This document shows, in pieces, positions 50,809 to 64,000 of a stretch of 64,000 nt of DNA. A model generated the notes under the pieces. That model was not told the DNA's origin and did no database searches. It saw only the letters and a program-made list of their open reading frames with translations. Both the position numbers and the translations under genes were made by a program. Position 1 is the first letter of the stretch. Each line of letters begins with the position of its first letter. The stretch comes from Nymphaea colorata (taxonomy: Eukaryota): contig NC_045138.2 of NCBI RefSeq assembly GCF_008831285.2, positions 38,874,001 through 38,938,000 of the forward strand, in the 5' to 3' direction.

Positions 50809-53800
50809 TCATCAAACTCTTTCATCCATTTATTGTGCAAAGACAAGAATAAATCAATACAAAGAAAGCCCCTTTGACTCTTATTTTCTCTTATCCTTGT
50901 TTGTTGATGTTTTATTTCAGGTTTGCATCTCAATTGTGTGTTTGTTGATTATGTGCTTATCTGGGGAATAGTGACATACGTGTATTTCTTATCCAGATCT
51001 CTTTTCATTTATATATTTATCAATGAACACACTTTGTGTTATTTTCTGCAAAAAATAATCATGAACATGTTCAAAGCATGTGTTGATGCATCTCGCTTCT
51101 CTTTTGATGGTTGTTTTTTGTTTCCATCTTGAGCAGCACACTATGATAAAAATATTTCCTGAACCCTGTGCAAGTCAGAGAGATCTAGGATTCTAGGGTG
51201 CAAAACCAAATAGTAAATGAACATTCATCAGGTTTGACTTTGATTTAGCCTGAGATAATAGTTTTATCCATGGAGTCCAAATGAAAGTTGAGTCTTTGTT
51301 CATATCTATCTCTGGCATATGACTTGACCCTTGAAACTCAAACTTATTATTCTATTTATATTAACACTGGGAATATAAAGATGTATTTGAGGTATTCACA
51401 ATGTTTGTAAAGGTTTCTGTTTTCGATAGGCTACTAAATCTAGCTAGAAAAGCAGCATTGTTCTTTTATCTGAACATCCTTTCATGATGTTTAACTTTTG
51501 CACTTTTATGAGTTTAATTTATATGGTGCTGATACCTTTTTTCTTGTCCGGTGAGGTATCTGATAAAATGTCTTTATATAGGTTGATGCAGGCAGTGATC
51601 TAATTATTACCCAGCTATTTTATGACACAGACATTTTCCTGAAGTTTGTGAATGACTGTCGGGAAATTGGGATAACTTGTCCAATCGTACCGGGTATAAT
51701 GCCTATAAATAATTACAAGGGTTTTTTGCGCATGACTGGGTTTTGCAAAACTAAGGTATGCTCAATTAATCAAGTTTTATTGTAAGAATGCAATTTTTTA
51801 TGGCTAACAGATTTAACTTTACTATGTTAAGTTCTTTGATATTCATGCAGCATGTCAGTTAGGTGTTAAGTAAGCTTTTGTCCTCTTTTCATCAACATAC
51901 TGCAAATTGGGCATGCTGAAATTCATGCGGACTTCCTTTGTTAAGAACAATGAGTATGTTGGTTTAATCACATTTGTGTTTTGTTTTTATCATGTGTTTC
52001 TTTCTAGATTGTCATCTTCATTTTTACTGGCTAAAAGACGTGGTTGGAAACTTTCTCAATCTAATGGATTCTAAATATGGGAATGAGCAGCTGGTACCAT
52101 TTATACTGCTCAATGTCACCAATAGTGAAAGCTTCCAAGCACCACATCAAATATCTTTTCATTTTCTTGACCAAAACGAAGTAACCAAATTCAAATCCAT
52201 ACAATGCATTAGTTCAGACAAAACACTGCAGTTTATTCCCTTGGTACAGGTCCATTAACTTCTTAATGTTGGAGTTATGTCACCTGAGTGCGGGGTGCGG
52301 GTGTGGATGCAGCAATTTTTCAAAAAAAAATTAGGTACGGGTGCTGCGAGGGTGTATATATATGTGTGTGTATGTATATAAATCATTTGTGACAGTTATT
52401 TAACTGTTTAGTAGTCTTATATTTATATTTGTCTATAAAATTTTGTATTAAAGATAATTTAGTTATGTGCACATTTAAAATGGTCGGTTTTGACCTGGTT
52501 CGGTTGATCAAACCGAATGTGCTGTGTCAGAGAAGCACCAGCACCAGTGTTGACACGGTGCGGCAGCCATTTAGAAGCACCCAGGTGACATAGTGTTGGA
52601 GCCATGGGAATCAGAATGAAGATGCTGCCACCAGTATGCAGTTAAGATTTCATGTTACTACATTAAAGAAAGTGATGACCCATTAAATAATTTCAACATG
52701 GTACAATATTACTTGTCTCAAGTTTGATGAGGACAGCACATTTACCAAGAGAGAGATTGGTTCCTCTTAATCAGCCTATGTTTCTGACATGGACTTCATT
52801 GCTGAAATAATTTGTCTTTTTTCAAACTTTAGATCTCTAACTTCTTAGAAGCTAGACATTGAAATCTGATACCATGTCTAATGTCTTACAGCTTGAACTT
52901 TTGTTCTTCTGTTGTTGGATTCTTTTGTTTTGCAGTTGCTAGTTCACTTGAAACATCAAATCATTTTTCCTATCTTAAATTAATAAGTTAGTAAAACTTT
53001 GTTGGTTATTAATATATTGTTTGTTTTTAATTTTTATATCATATCTGCATCTTTAAACACATAAATATATATATAAAATGTGGAGAATGAATATCTTTTC
53101 TGATCATGTTATGGTCAGAAAATCTTGTTGAAGAAAATTTTAAATGCATTTATTTGTAAAATTATTAAGATAATATTTCTAAATGAGCATAAGTAGTTCT
53201 TCAGTTTTCATCATGTCCTATTATTTTGAAATTCTAAACATTAGATCAAACCTTCACAAGAAAATTGAGAGTTCTATCTGTTTTATGTATCCAATGTTAG
53301 GGAGCTCTCATAGGTTTGCATTAGCTTGACAATATCTTTTAAAGAAATAAAAAGGCAAACATCCTGTTGTAATGCATTCTTATAAACAATGGCGTGAGAC
53401 TTTATGTTAGTGAACATAAATGCTGCTCACTCATATATGGTATATTAATAAGCAATAGCATGATACTTTCTATTGGTTTGCTCACTGATAACTTTTTAAG
53501 TACACTTATATTCCTCGTGCATTCAAGCTTATGGATTTCGTTGCTTCTGGATCGACTATATAACCCTTTTTTCAGTTTATCACTTTGAACATTCTTTTAA
53601 GGAAATAGCTCACTACTTGCTACCAAAGTATGCTCTTTGACACTGGCAAATAAAATATCCACAATTTGAGTTGAGTACTTCACAGAACTCCTCCCTGTAA
53701 TCCTTCTTTGAATTGTTTCCGTTGAATGCTTATCAAGTAAACATATCTGGAATCTAGAAAAGTTGATCTACTTGTGATTGAAATTGCTTCATCTCTTCTC

Positions 53801-56800
53801 GCATTTGGTTCTTAATTGACATGTTCATTCACCTATACATCGTTCATGCATAGATACCAGATGAAATAAAGGCTGCCTTGGAGCCAATTAAAGACAATGA
53901 AGAAGCAGTGAGGGCATATGGTGTACACCTTGGAACTGAAATGTGCCGGAAAATTTTGGCTCATGGTATCAAAACACTCCATTTGTACACTCTAAATATG
54001 GAGAAATCAGCACTAGCCATATTGATGGTGATCCTTTCCTCTGTATTCACTATGTTTTGTCTGGCTTTCTCTTGGTTTTCTTGTCAATCTCACAAGCAAA
54101 TATATGCTTCAGAATCTGGGATTAATTGATGAAACAAAGGTTCAGAGGTCTTTACCATGGAGACGTCCAACAAATGCATTTCGCTCAAAAGAAAGTGTTC
54201 GGCCTATATTTTGGTATCTTTGCTCTCAGCGCCACTGTTGTACTTGTACATAACATAGCATGTTGTTGATATGTTTAAGATACATAATGCAACTATGATG
54301 GAAAACAATATGATACACTCTTGAAAGTTTGAAACTAGTTTGAGGGGTATAGGTGTTCCATTTCAGGTGTACTTCTGATACATTCCATGTATTATACCAA
54401 AAAGTATGATGCAGGTTGTAACTTACAGTACACATAGAAATAACACAGAAATGCCAAAAACAGGCTCTTTTTCTACTTAATGTTAGACAAATTTCTTAAG
54501 GTTGAATGTTAAGTTTGATCTGAAAGACATTCCTATACATTTAAAGCAAAAAAAGAAGGAGGTTTCAGCTCTAATTTGATACAATGACTTTAGAGATTTC
54601 ATTGTTTTTTCTTTAAGAGCTTATGTCTGTTCTCCAAAATAAAAAAATTGTCAAGTTTTATAACCATTAAGTTGTTTAAACTTTAAACTTAAGACTCCAA
54701 GGAGGAAATCATACATGATGAAAACTCATTTATGTTCATATCTTTTAAGTATTGACAATAATTTAAGTGGTCAGTTGTGATATTTTCTAATGAAAGTATG
54801 CATGTTGTAGGTAGCATATACTTATCATTTTTTTTATGTTTTTACTATTCGTGTTTTTTTCATGCAGAGTTTTTTTCTCCAATTTTTTCTTATTATTTTT
54901 TACTTTTTTGTTATTTTCTTAATTTTGTGAATTCAAATATAGTCATGTTAAACTTGCAATTTTTTACATTATTGTTGCATTATGTATCTAACTTCATACC
55001 CAACCAATACTGGTTATTTTGCACCTTGAAACATTGCTCTACACATGTAAATCTTCATGTCTACTTATTTTTTATTAGATTGCAAGTTGACTCTTGTGAT
55101 AGAAAATAATTTTCATTAACTTTCTACTGTTCCAGGGCAAATCGTCCAAAGAGCTATATATCTAGAACTGTGGGATGGGATCAATATCCACAGGGGAGAT
55201 GGGGTGATTCCCGTAATCCTTCTTATGGAGCATTGTCAGATTATCAGGTGAGTAGGTTTAATATAAATGTGATTATGCATGAGTCTTTGCTGTTACATTT
55301 TTGCTTTTCTGTCTGATGCTTGTCCCAGTGCGAAGAATAATCTTATTTTGAATTTTGTTATATGCTATGAGAATGGAATGCAAATGGCAATTTTTTAAAT
55401 TGTATATGTATGTGTTCTTGTGTGTGCTCACACGTATATATATTGAGATATCATCTAGGCATCAGTATGCAGCTAAGTCAGATGGGTGTAGAAATTTCTC
55501 ATATAGGCATAAAATTTTCATCCTTTTCAAATGGTTCCGTTTAAGTTAAAGATTCTTCTTTATGGTTCTGTTGTCAACTCTTTTCTTCTTACCAATGCCC
55601 TGGCTTACAGGTTACAACTGATGTATTGTTTCGGCCCCTCAGTGGAGACCATAATTACCTGGATCACTTAGAGTAAATACGAATCTTGATTCTTAGGAAT
55701 TGGATGTGGAATCCATCTGGATTTCTGATTTTCAGTCATATGAGTTCCAAATCCATGTTGTTTTTACTTTACTTGGATATATAACTTATATTGCATATAT
55801 CAAACTTATTAGTATTTTAAGTGATCCAGGACGATTCCTAAATGACCATTTTTTGTTTCCCACTCGCTTTACAGTTTACACTTCCCATATCTTCAGAGAC
55901 TTTGGAATAACTGCTTCCGGATATGATCCACCTACTGATTCCCATTTTTCATTTACTTCTCTGGTAACTGTTGATTGTAAATCGAATTCTTTAACATGAT
56001 TCACAGAGCCCCTTGTGAGAATCTCCTTAGTTTCTTTGTTGGACCCATTGTCTGGTTCCATCTGTAGAAGTGAGTGATTATTGCGTCAGACAGGCACACA
56101 AGAATAAGATGTCTACTTGGGGTGATGTAGCCTCTTACAGTCACCATTTTGAAGGGAGGAGTTTGTCTTGTTGTAGCTTAACTCTGTTGTCAGCAACTTG
56201 TCACAATAGTAGAGTTTACTGGATGTATGTGTTTCAAATTTCATTTCACATTGACATGGCTGAGTGAGAAAGTGACCAGTTTAGGGCAAGTTTCAAACAT
56301 GATGTAATGTGATCTGGAACAAAATTCAAAAGGGAGTATCCATGTGACACTGACTTATTTTCTCCATTTTGTACAAGTACGATCAGAAATATCTGCTAAT
56401 AATCATTGAGTAATATTTGTAATAATTAAATATTGATCAATGAGCTTTTCATTGATTCTAGTTTATGCGCCGTCGTTCTCGTAACAAGAAAATCCAGGAG
56501 GAATGGGGTGGTCCATTAAAATCCATTGAAGATGTACATGAGGTAATTTTCTGAGTGATATCAAACTTGTTAATGTGATCCATTTTTATTTCCTTAGTTT
56601 TGTAACTTTAGCTTGATGCTTGGTGACTGAATATATAATAACCATTTGGAACTGTTTTTTTTATTTTTAGAGATTCATAAACTTTTGCCTTGGAAAAATT
56701 AGAAGCAATCCTTGGTCAGAGCTGGATGGGCTTCAGCCAGAGACAATGATGATAAACAAAGAGCTGGAAAGTGTTAACTCGAAGGGTTTCCTTACAATTA

Positions 56801-59011
56801 ACAGCCAACCGCCAGTCAATGGGGAAAAATCTGACTCTCCTTCTGTTGGTAAGCAAATGGATTCGTTCTTGTCTTCTTTTGCATCAGGGTGGCATTTTAG
56901 TTATAGGGCTCAGGCTAGAAGAGGGAAGACAAAATGTCATGTATCTAATAGTACTTGTTTTTCCCAAGGGCCTCTGCATCGGATTCTGATCTCCGGGCTG
57001 ACGTAAGGAAATAACAAATTGTCCAAGAAACATCAAGTTCTTGAGGCAATACTGATGCCGAAATGCGAACAATTGTCATCGTCATCTTCAAGCTTTGTCC
57101 AACTGCATGGGGTTAGCTTTGTGAGACAGCTGAGAGCCCTAGTTCTTGATTTCCTCTCATCTGGGGCTACGAGTTTGGGCATTCCTTCCCTCAGGCTTCA
57201 AATCAGATTCTTTAAAGCTTTTGATAGTGCCCATTTTCTGAATCTTGTAACATGTTTTTTTTTTAAAAGAAAGTTTTCCCAAATTTAGTTGTTAAACAAA
57301 GGACGCTTCCCAAACTCCCAACGGGTGGGCTAGTCGGCCTAGGCTGCTAATCAGCAGACTAGTCCCTGACATCCAAGTAGGCTGGTTCCATTTGAGAGGT
57401 TAGTATTTCAACTTGGTCAACCGGTCAAGTCATTGACATAGGTCCTTTTACGCATTTGAAGGTCCAATAGAGCACTGCCACTCCGTATATGTGTTATATT
57501 CTGTATGTTTGATATATTTTTATATGTATTTTTGTATAGTTCGTATTCTGTATATTATGAGTGGCTTGTATGTATGTCCTACATTCTATATTCTTTTGAT
57601 CTGCTTATTCTCAGATATGAGAACTTGTCTGCACTATTCTTAACCATTGAAATGACAAGATTGAATGACTCGTCAATGGATATGTGAAGTAATTTTCAAA
57701 AAGTCAATAATTACTTTTTTTTTTTTGAGTTGGCATTATTTATAGCTATATTTCTATGATGAAAAGGTCGAGAGTAGTGCATAACTAGTGTTCAAATTTG
57801 CTTGTGTTCATATTCTAAAACCTATGGTTATGGGGACTGGCGAGGTGCGGTGGGTGCATATAATGGGTTAAAGAGTTATAAAAAGTCGAAACAGTAAAGA
57901 AAAATCTTTTCTACTAAGATTGTTATTGAGATAAAAGAGAAGGTACTGGCTGCTTGCGTTTTCCTTTCCTGCTGCCAAGTACGTGATCTTCCTCTTGTTC
58001 TTCTTCCTTCTTCCTCTTTCTTGCTTCTCCTCCTCCATCTTCTTCCCCCTTTCTGTCTCCTCCTCACCTATCTTTTTCTTTTTCTGAGGGCTGCATCCTA
58101 GCAGCCTGCACTGCAGGTAGCATCCATGTTTAGTCAAAAGCGGCATCTAAATTGCCGCTTCCATGTATACATATTCTGCATCCATAATTGTTATGTATTT
58201 TATTTACATTTTTTCACCTTAGATTGTGTTTGTGTGCCACCATATTGATTGTCTTAATCAACTGGCTTGTTCCGACTAGTCATTCAGGATGTTCACCAAC
58301 TTTGAGGCCGACTTTTGATTTTCGCAAATAAGGTTGCAAATATTTCATGTCCACTGCATTTTAAATAAACCGTGCTTGTTATTCTCATAATGGCCTTTCC
58401 TGAAGCTTTCATTTTTTTAACAAAATGTAACTGCTAGATAAACAACCATTTCCTTCTCCCTATGACAAGTTCAATCTCATACAGGATGGGGTGGACCTGG
58501 TGGATATGTATATCAGAAGGCCTACCTAGAATTCTTCTGCTCTCCAGACAAGTTAAATGTACTTGTCGAGAAATGCAAAGAACTACCCTCTGTTACTTAC
58601 ATGGCAGTAAACAAGGAAGGCAAAAGCATTTCAAACGTAGAACCAAATGATGTAAATGCAGTGACTTGGGGCGTCTTCCCAGCAAAAGAAATTATCCAGC
58701 CTACTGTTGTAGATCCCGTCAGTTTCATGGTTTGGAAGGATGAGGCCTTTGACATTTGGACCAACGGGTGGGCTTGCCTATTCCAAGAAGGTGATGTCTC
58801 GAGGCAAATACTAGAGGAGGTATGCCCTTTTTCCATCTCTCTTCATTTCAATTTCTCTAACCGGTGGCTAGGGACAGTCTATGAAGTATGAAGGAAGAAT
58901 GTTAATCGCAAATTTGTGTCGTGGCAGGTACAAAAGAGTTATTTCTTGGTCAGCCTGGTGGACAATGATTATGTGAAGGGAAATATCTATGCGGCTTTTA
59001 AGGACATCTGA
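48229..59011 (+). CDS. MTHFR: Methylenetetrahydrofolate reductase (plant type), 594 aa
   Basis: 12 coding exons: 48229-48447 (MKVIEKI...[21 protein letters not shown]...[15 protein letters not shown]), 48821-49003 ([12 protein letters not shown]...[10 protein letters not shown]), 49528-49588, 49690-49772, 51582-51755 (ITQLFYD...PGIMPI), 53854-54027 (LHLYTLN), 54113-54213, 55136-55247 (ANRPKSY...GRWGDS), 56462-56542, 56671-56848 (TINSQP), 58485-58819 ([17 protein letters not shown]...NAVTWGVFP), 58928-59011. Total 1785 nt, all introns GT-AG. Confidence 0.97.
50761..50807. repeat. (AT)n microsatellite in MTHFR intron 4
   Basis: Seen directly. Confidence 0.95.
52275..52593. mobile_element. hAT-type MITE in MTHFR intron 5
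   Basis: TIRs TTATGTCACCTG...CAGGTGACATAG, perfect 8-bp TSD TGTTGGAG (52267-52274 and 52594-52601), GGTGCGG-rich subterminal repeats, AT-rich core. Confidence 0.88.
57822..58174. mobile_element. Possible old copy of the hAT MITE family in MTHFR intron 10
   Basis: CTATG...CATAT ends, GGTGCGGTGGGTGC left subterminal segment, weak 5/8 flank match. Confidence 0.3.
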
Positions 59012-59159
59012 TGATGAATGTTGAGGATAAATCGAAGAATTATCTGTTCCAACTGTCCCGTCAAATTATTGCTTGAGCCAATTTCCAGTTCAGTATTGTC
59101 TGCTTGGGAGATTTTGACTATTTCGATAATGAAATTGTTGTAGCAACTTGAAACTATCT

Positions 59160-59165
59160 AATAAA
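59160..59165 (+). promoter_or_regulatory. Candidate polyadenylation signal AATAAA of MTHFR
   Basis: AATAAA about 150 nt downstream of the stop codon. Plant signals are degenerate, so this is only suggestive. Confidence 0.35.
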
Positions 59166-60270
59166 AGTTTATTTGAGTACCGCTAAATTTCATCTTCTGT
59201 TCATGTATATATATATATATATATATAGAAAAATTAAAATAAACCGTCTGCGGGAAGGCTAAATTTTAAAAGTCCATCGATAAAACATAATAAACTATGG
59301 CTAAAAACACTGTAAACTGTTGTTAGACCATAAGCAATTAATGCTTCCGGTATTTTTGGGGATGATTGTTAAATATTTTATCATCTGGTAACAGATGACA
59401 GCTGGCTGATATAGGGAAATTAAAGTCAGCTGGCTCTAAATATTTAAAGTCTATTGTCAAAAACATTATAAACCATAATACTCTATCTAAGTCACATGGA
59501 TGCTTTATTTTTGCCGCCGCACCTTCATCGTCGTGCACCCACAATCGGTCAAGAAGAGTCGAGTGCAGTCAGCCCAACTCGACCACTTCTATGACATGCT
59601 CCCGTTTCGAGTTTGACTTGAGTTGGGTGCGGTTAAACCATGTCTTGTGTCTTTTTTTATGTTTTATTTTTTAATTATTTCATTCTAAGTATTAAAGGGG
59701 GTTAGGGCTTTGACTGAAATCAATCGATTGACCTTCCATGTGTGTAGAGAGAGTTGATAGACAATGATTTTCCGTTGGTCATCGGTGCAACGGTGACCTG
59801 AGATTGGCAGACCGACTTCCAGCGACGGCCTTCAGAAGGCTTCTTTAGCACAAGGCAACCGACATTCAGTCCTCTAGCAGCCAGTGTTTTTCTTTTATTC
59901 GTGACCGGTGACAGCTACTTGCGGGCTAGTCCTTCGACGTTCTCCCTTGGGTTTTATTATTCTATCAGTATCAACTTATGTTCATTTTTTCGCTGTTGTC
60001 CAGTTTTTTTGTGTTTTTCAGTTCTTATTTGTGATGTAATTTTTTTAAGATTTTATAATTATTGTCTGAAATATGTTATTGTATTGCTTTTTTCATAGTG
60101 TACGATATACAGTTGTGTGTACCTTTGCCGTTTTAACACTTTGTTTTACACTTTTACTGCTGTTTCATATCGTGGTATACATTATTGGCTATTGGTAAGT
60201 TTTGTTACTTGTATTATAGGTGCAGCACTGTTCTACTTTCCAAATGTTAATTTCAATTTTCTGCTTTTTA

Positions 60271-60536
60271 GTATGTCATATTACTAAATTACAGTATTTA
60301 CTATATATAATATATGTTGTTTAACTTACTTAAAAGACTCGTTGAATTGTTGCTTTGCAGTTTCGAATTTGTTATGTGATAAGTTTGTTGTTTATAGACA
60401 AATTTGTTTATATATATGTATATATGTATATATATTTATTGATAATAATAAAAAAATTATTCTTGCCGCACTGTCGCACTTAAATTCTTTGGGATGGACC
60501 GCTCCGGCACCTGCACCCCGCATCTATGTGACATAG
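60271..60536. mobile_element. Partial or degenerate copy of the same hAT MITE family
   Basis: Right end CCGGCACCTGCACCCCGCATCTATGTGACATAG matches the family terminus. The left boundary is uncertain. Confidence 0.5.
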
Positions 60537-61818
60537 GCTCTTATAAATACTTTTACTGATGGTTGTTAATATTTTATGGTCCGGTAACATCGAGTGGCGG
60601 ATGATTTCCTCTTACATACATGAAAATTGGCTGCCTGATGTTGTTGGATGATTAAATACTTAAAGTTGGTCGTTAAAAACATTGTAAAGAACACCATGAA
60701 CCGTTGCCTATACTCCTGTTCGTGTCGACATGGTGACACCAGCATGGAGACATATCATGGTACATTTTAGATCCACCTTGGGTTAGGTCTGATTGAAACA
60801 CATTAAACCTTTCTTCCTTTTAACAGATTGAGCAAGAACTTGAATTGGAGAATTTCGATAACTCATGACGACTAGCAAGAAGTTTGTTTAATTACATGTC
60901 GGTGCCCCCGACGTTTCCACTACTGTTCACTTGCATATCGCATTTTTTGGAGAATAGAGAATTGGTGCCATGGGGTTTGAAAATGAAGCCTCCCAACCTT
61001 CGCTGTAGATACAAATTATGAGATCAACTGCCTGCCAACCTCTCCTAAAGACACAAATTATGTACTAATTATATGATATGAGTTTCAAAATAAAGGTCAG
61101 ACTTCCTGGTTCGTGAAATTGATCTGAGTAGACATAAAAATGAACACAGAATTTGTTGTTTTCTGCTATTTCAGGCATAATCCGCTCGTAGACTGCCAGT
61201 TTTGTAGAAAAGGGTACCTTGGGTTTTAATCAGTGTCATCAAAGTCGGACTGCATTGACAAATACTAATCAAATCAACGGCAAACCGATTCCACTCAAGA
61301 TCTGATTCAAGAGTGTCACATGCCGATCTGTCTAATTTTAATTTTATTTTAAAAAATATCACTTGTTAACCATCTATGAACACAGATCAGATGCAGCTAC
61401 TGCGCCACAATTCAATGCAGTCCAGCTCTGCCATCTGAATTTCTCCATTGGTTTCGTTGTTGGTCGAGGGTCTCACCTTCAATACAAAGAAAAGATAATT
61501 GAAATGCAAGGAAAAAAGAAAAATGCAGGTCTCGAGGGATGAATTAATCGTTTCTCAAATATCATTTGATGCCATGAATGAAAGCGCTCATGCAAGGTTT
61601 TTATTTATGAACGTTTTGTCAAGTTCGAGTCATTATCGTCATCCTCAAGCCTCGTTGCATAAAAAGACAGGTTACAAGGATCATCTCAACATTACAAAGA
61701 AGGAAAATGATGAAAAAAGAAGAAAGAAAAGAAAGAAAAGCAAAACAGATGATTGCATCTACAATAGGAAGAAGATGAAGGATATGTCGTCGAATTGAAG
61801 GGGTTCTCAATTGGCCAG

Positions 61819-62691
61819 CTAACCGCATGCCGGCGGCAGCTTGGAGATCCCTTGCCGCTGCAGTTCAGCCAGAACGCCCTCCAAGGAAGGGGGCTTCAGC
61901 CCAAGTGGGAGCGGCTGCCATGGCTTCGTCAAGACGTCGCCGATTGCTGCATCTATCGTCTCCTTCGACTGTCTCCCCACATCAGATCCCACAAAGAGAA
62001 GAAACAAACAGAAATTAGAAATTTAGCACAGATAATGCACACGATGTTAATTAATTAGAAGGAAATGAAAATTTTTGAGAGCACCCCACATTTCATCAAA
62101 TCATAACCTTAAATTGTTCGTGATGAATTGGATTCATCCCAATGCATACAGATATGGATTCATCGTAATCTGTTTTAGTTAGAGTTCATTTCAAAATTAC
62201 CGAAATCCAAAATAAAAAAAAAAAGGGAGAAAAGGAGTTGAACTTCTTTCAACAAGAATCATTTTTCTATTGAAAACTATGAATTTAATGGAGTTGACAA
62301 CGAAGAATCCATCTCGACAACTTTGTTCAAATGAATGTTCAAGCATGCCTTTGAATGGATGAAAGAACAATGTTAAGGGATTGCTTCAAATTCTTGAAGG
62401 CTTTTTTAAATTCCAATCCCCTTGCGATAGGTGACTGAAGCTCTTGAAGACATAAATTCTCCCCATCATGCGTTTTTTTGGGCAGTCTTTCCCAAACGAT
62501 TCATTGAAGGTGAAACATAACTAGATTTCGTAACATTGGGAATGCTCATGAAAATGATTTTGAAAAGTGAAACACAAAGCTAAAAAAAGGAAAAGCTTGT
62601 TTACCGGCAGAGCGTCAAAGTTTGGCTGTGAATCTGATATGTTGTTCTCTGGCTTAAGTGGGATTCCTGGGACAGGAGGCGCAGCAAACCT
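61819..62691 (-). CDS. Last two coding exons of an unidentified plant protein (5' part presumably beyond window end)
   Basis: Exon 62691-62605 (TGCAG|...[36 protein letters not shown]) splices in phase 0 to exon 61968-61819 ([53 protein letters not shown]). Both are GC-rich relative to flanks. The family is not recognised. Confidence 0.75.
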
Positions 62692-63375
62692 CTGCAAACA
62701 TTGAAAGAAAAGAAGTGAGAATGAGCATATAAAATGAACTGGTTATTGTCCCTCCCTCTTCCTCCCAAGCTAGTGTTGCTAAGTGTTTTTCTACATCTAA
62801 ATATTTTTGTCTCTAGCATCCAAGGTTGCCATAATCTATATAATCATCTTAACCACAGGAACATTTGAGCCATTAATTTTATTTTTTTGTTCAATTTTGT
62901 CACTTTTTTGTCTTGGGAATTGGCCATATAAATGTAATATAATACATCTATTTAGTAGAAACCCATAATCATCAGGTTACAACAGTAAACAGGCACTTGA
63001 AGAATCTAAAAAGCTGATGGCCCTATTCTATTGCACTCTAATGCTAAAAGACAATTTTTATAACCAAGTCTTTTTTTAAAAGTAAAACATGTTGCTATAT
63101 CTACAAACTCTAGTTTAGTTGACGCAAATTGAAAGACAAAGGACCATGCACAACACGCACACACACGATCTATAAATGGTTTAATTTTAGTAGATGTTGA
63201 ATGTTTTTGAATGGCTAAAATTTTAAATTTGTCTCCATTGTCACCACATTAGCATTAACAATTATTTATAATGCAGCAACAGTTATGGGTGACTTTGGTG
63301 ACGATTTATAGTCCTTTTAACGTTAATTTTTTTAATTTTTAACGATCCAGTAACTATTCAGCATCCAGTAACATA

Positions 63376-63378
<3 letters not shown>

Positions 63379-63462
<84 letters not shown>
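63379..63462. repeat. Long (TA)n microsatellite (about 40 units)
   Basis: Seen directly. Confidence 0.95.
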
Positions 63463-63464
<2 letters not shown>

Positions 63465-64000
63465 AGAACCGGAATAATACGGCATTATGTAACCGATTTT
63501 TGATCATTTTATTTGATTAAATCATGAACTCTTAAAGCATCAGTTTTTTGTTGCGTCGTAAGTTGTTCATATCCCTTCATTGTTTTCTTATACAGTCGAA
63601 ATAACATAATCTAAAGTTTGTTAGATTTTTATAGATAGGTTACCTAAGAAATTCATCAACTTGTGATTGATTATTTAATCAAAATGGCACAATGGACGTT
63701 CGATAAGTTAGAAAACATGGTTCAACAACACTATGTTTTATCTCAACATGTACAGTGTAATTGCAATTGTTGTTTTTAGATTCATTAAGAATCAAATGCT
63801 TGATATAATCACAACAATGTTTCTAGTAACAAAGACGACATTCTTTAATCTTTAAGCAGAAACAAGTGTTTTAATAGCACAGTGTTCTTCTCACGACACA
63901 AGTCTCACAACGCCGTGATAGCTTTCAAAGATGTTCTGTTAAATGTTCTTCAAGAAAATTTTGAGTCTTATTTTAATAGTCAGAATGAGGTACAATATGG

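Noticed and set aside
52865..52874. PBS-like TCTGATACCA (also TGGTATCAG at about 42451)
   Set aside because: Isolated 9-10-mers with no paired LTRs or PPT visible.
59009..59017. Triple stop TGATGATGA at the MTHFR end as a readthrough or selenocysteine signal
   Set aside because: Protein length matches plant MTHFRs, and flowering plants lack selenocysteine decoding. It is a trivial tandem stop.

Overview
AT-rich, intron-rich flowering-plant nuclear DNA with abundant (TA)n/(GA)n microsatellites. The left two-thirds holds a tandem array of three minus-strand LRR-malectin receptor-like kinases (LRR-VIII-2 type): RLK-A (ATG 8468; 19 exons visible, kinase exons lie left of the window), RLK-B (24847/24829 to 12930, 24 exons, about 1040 aa) and RLK-C (41890 to 30730, 24 exons, 1031 aa). 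A collapsed pseudogenic relic of a fourth paralogue lies at about 46730-47125. Divergently oriented on the plus strand is a complete methylenetetrahydrofolate reductase gene (48229-59011, 12 coding exons, 594 aa, probable 5'UTR intron). The last two coding exons of an unidentified minus-strand gene follow (62691 to 61819). Introns and intergenic DNA carry a hAT-type MITE family with 8-bp TSDs, a decayed TRIM-like element, a CACTA terminus, a probable Copia solo-LTR and small tandem duplications. All exon coordinates were read by eye from GT/AG sites and frame continuity. No prokaryote-type system is present, and I found no convincing wholly new system. The most notable observations are an in-frame, stop-free, hydrophobic intron next to the RLK-B transmembrane exon, Ser in MTHFR at the position of human A222, the collapsed RLK relic, and paralogue-specific ectodomain and kinase changes.
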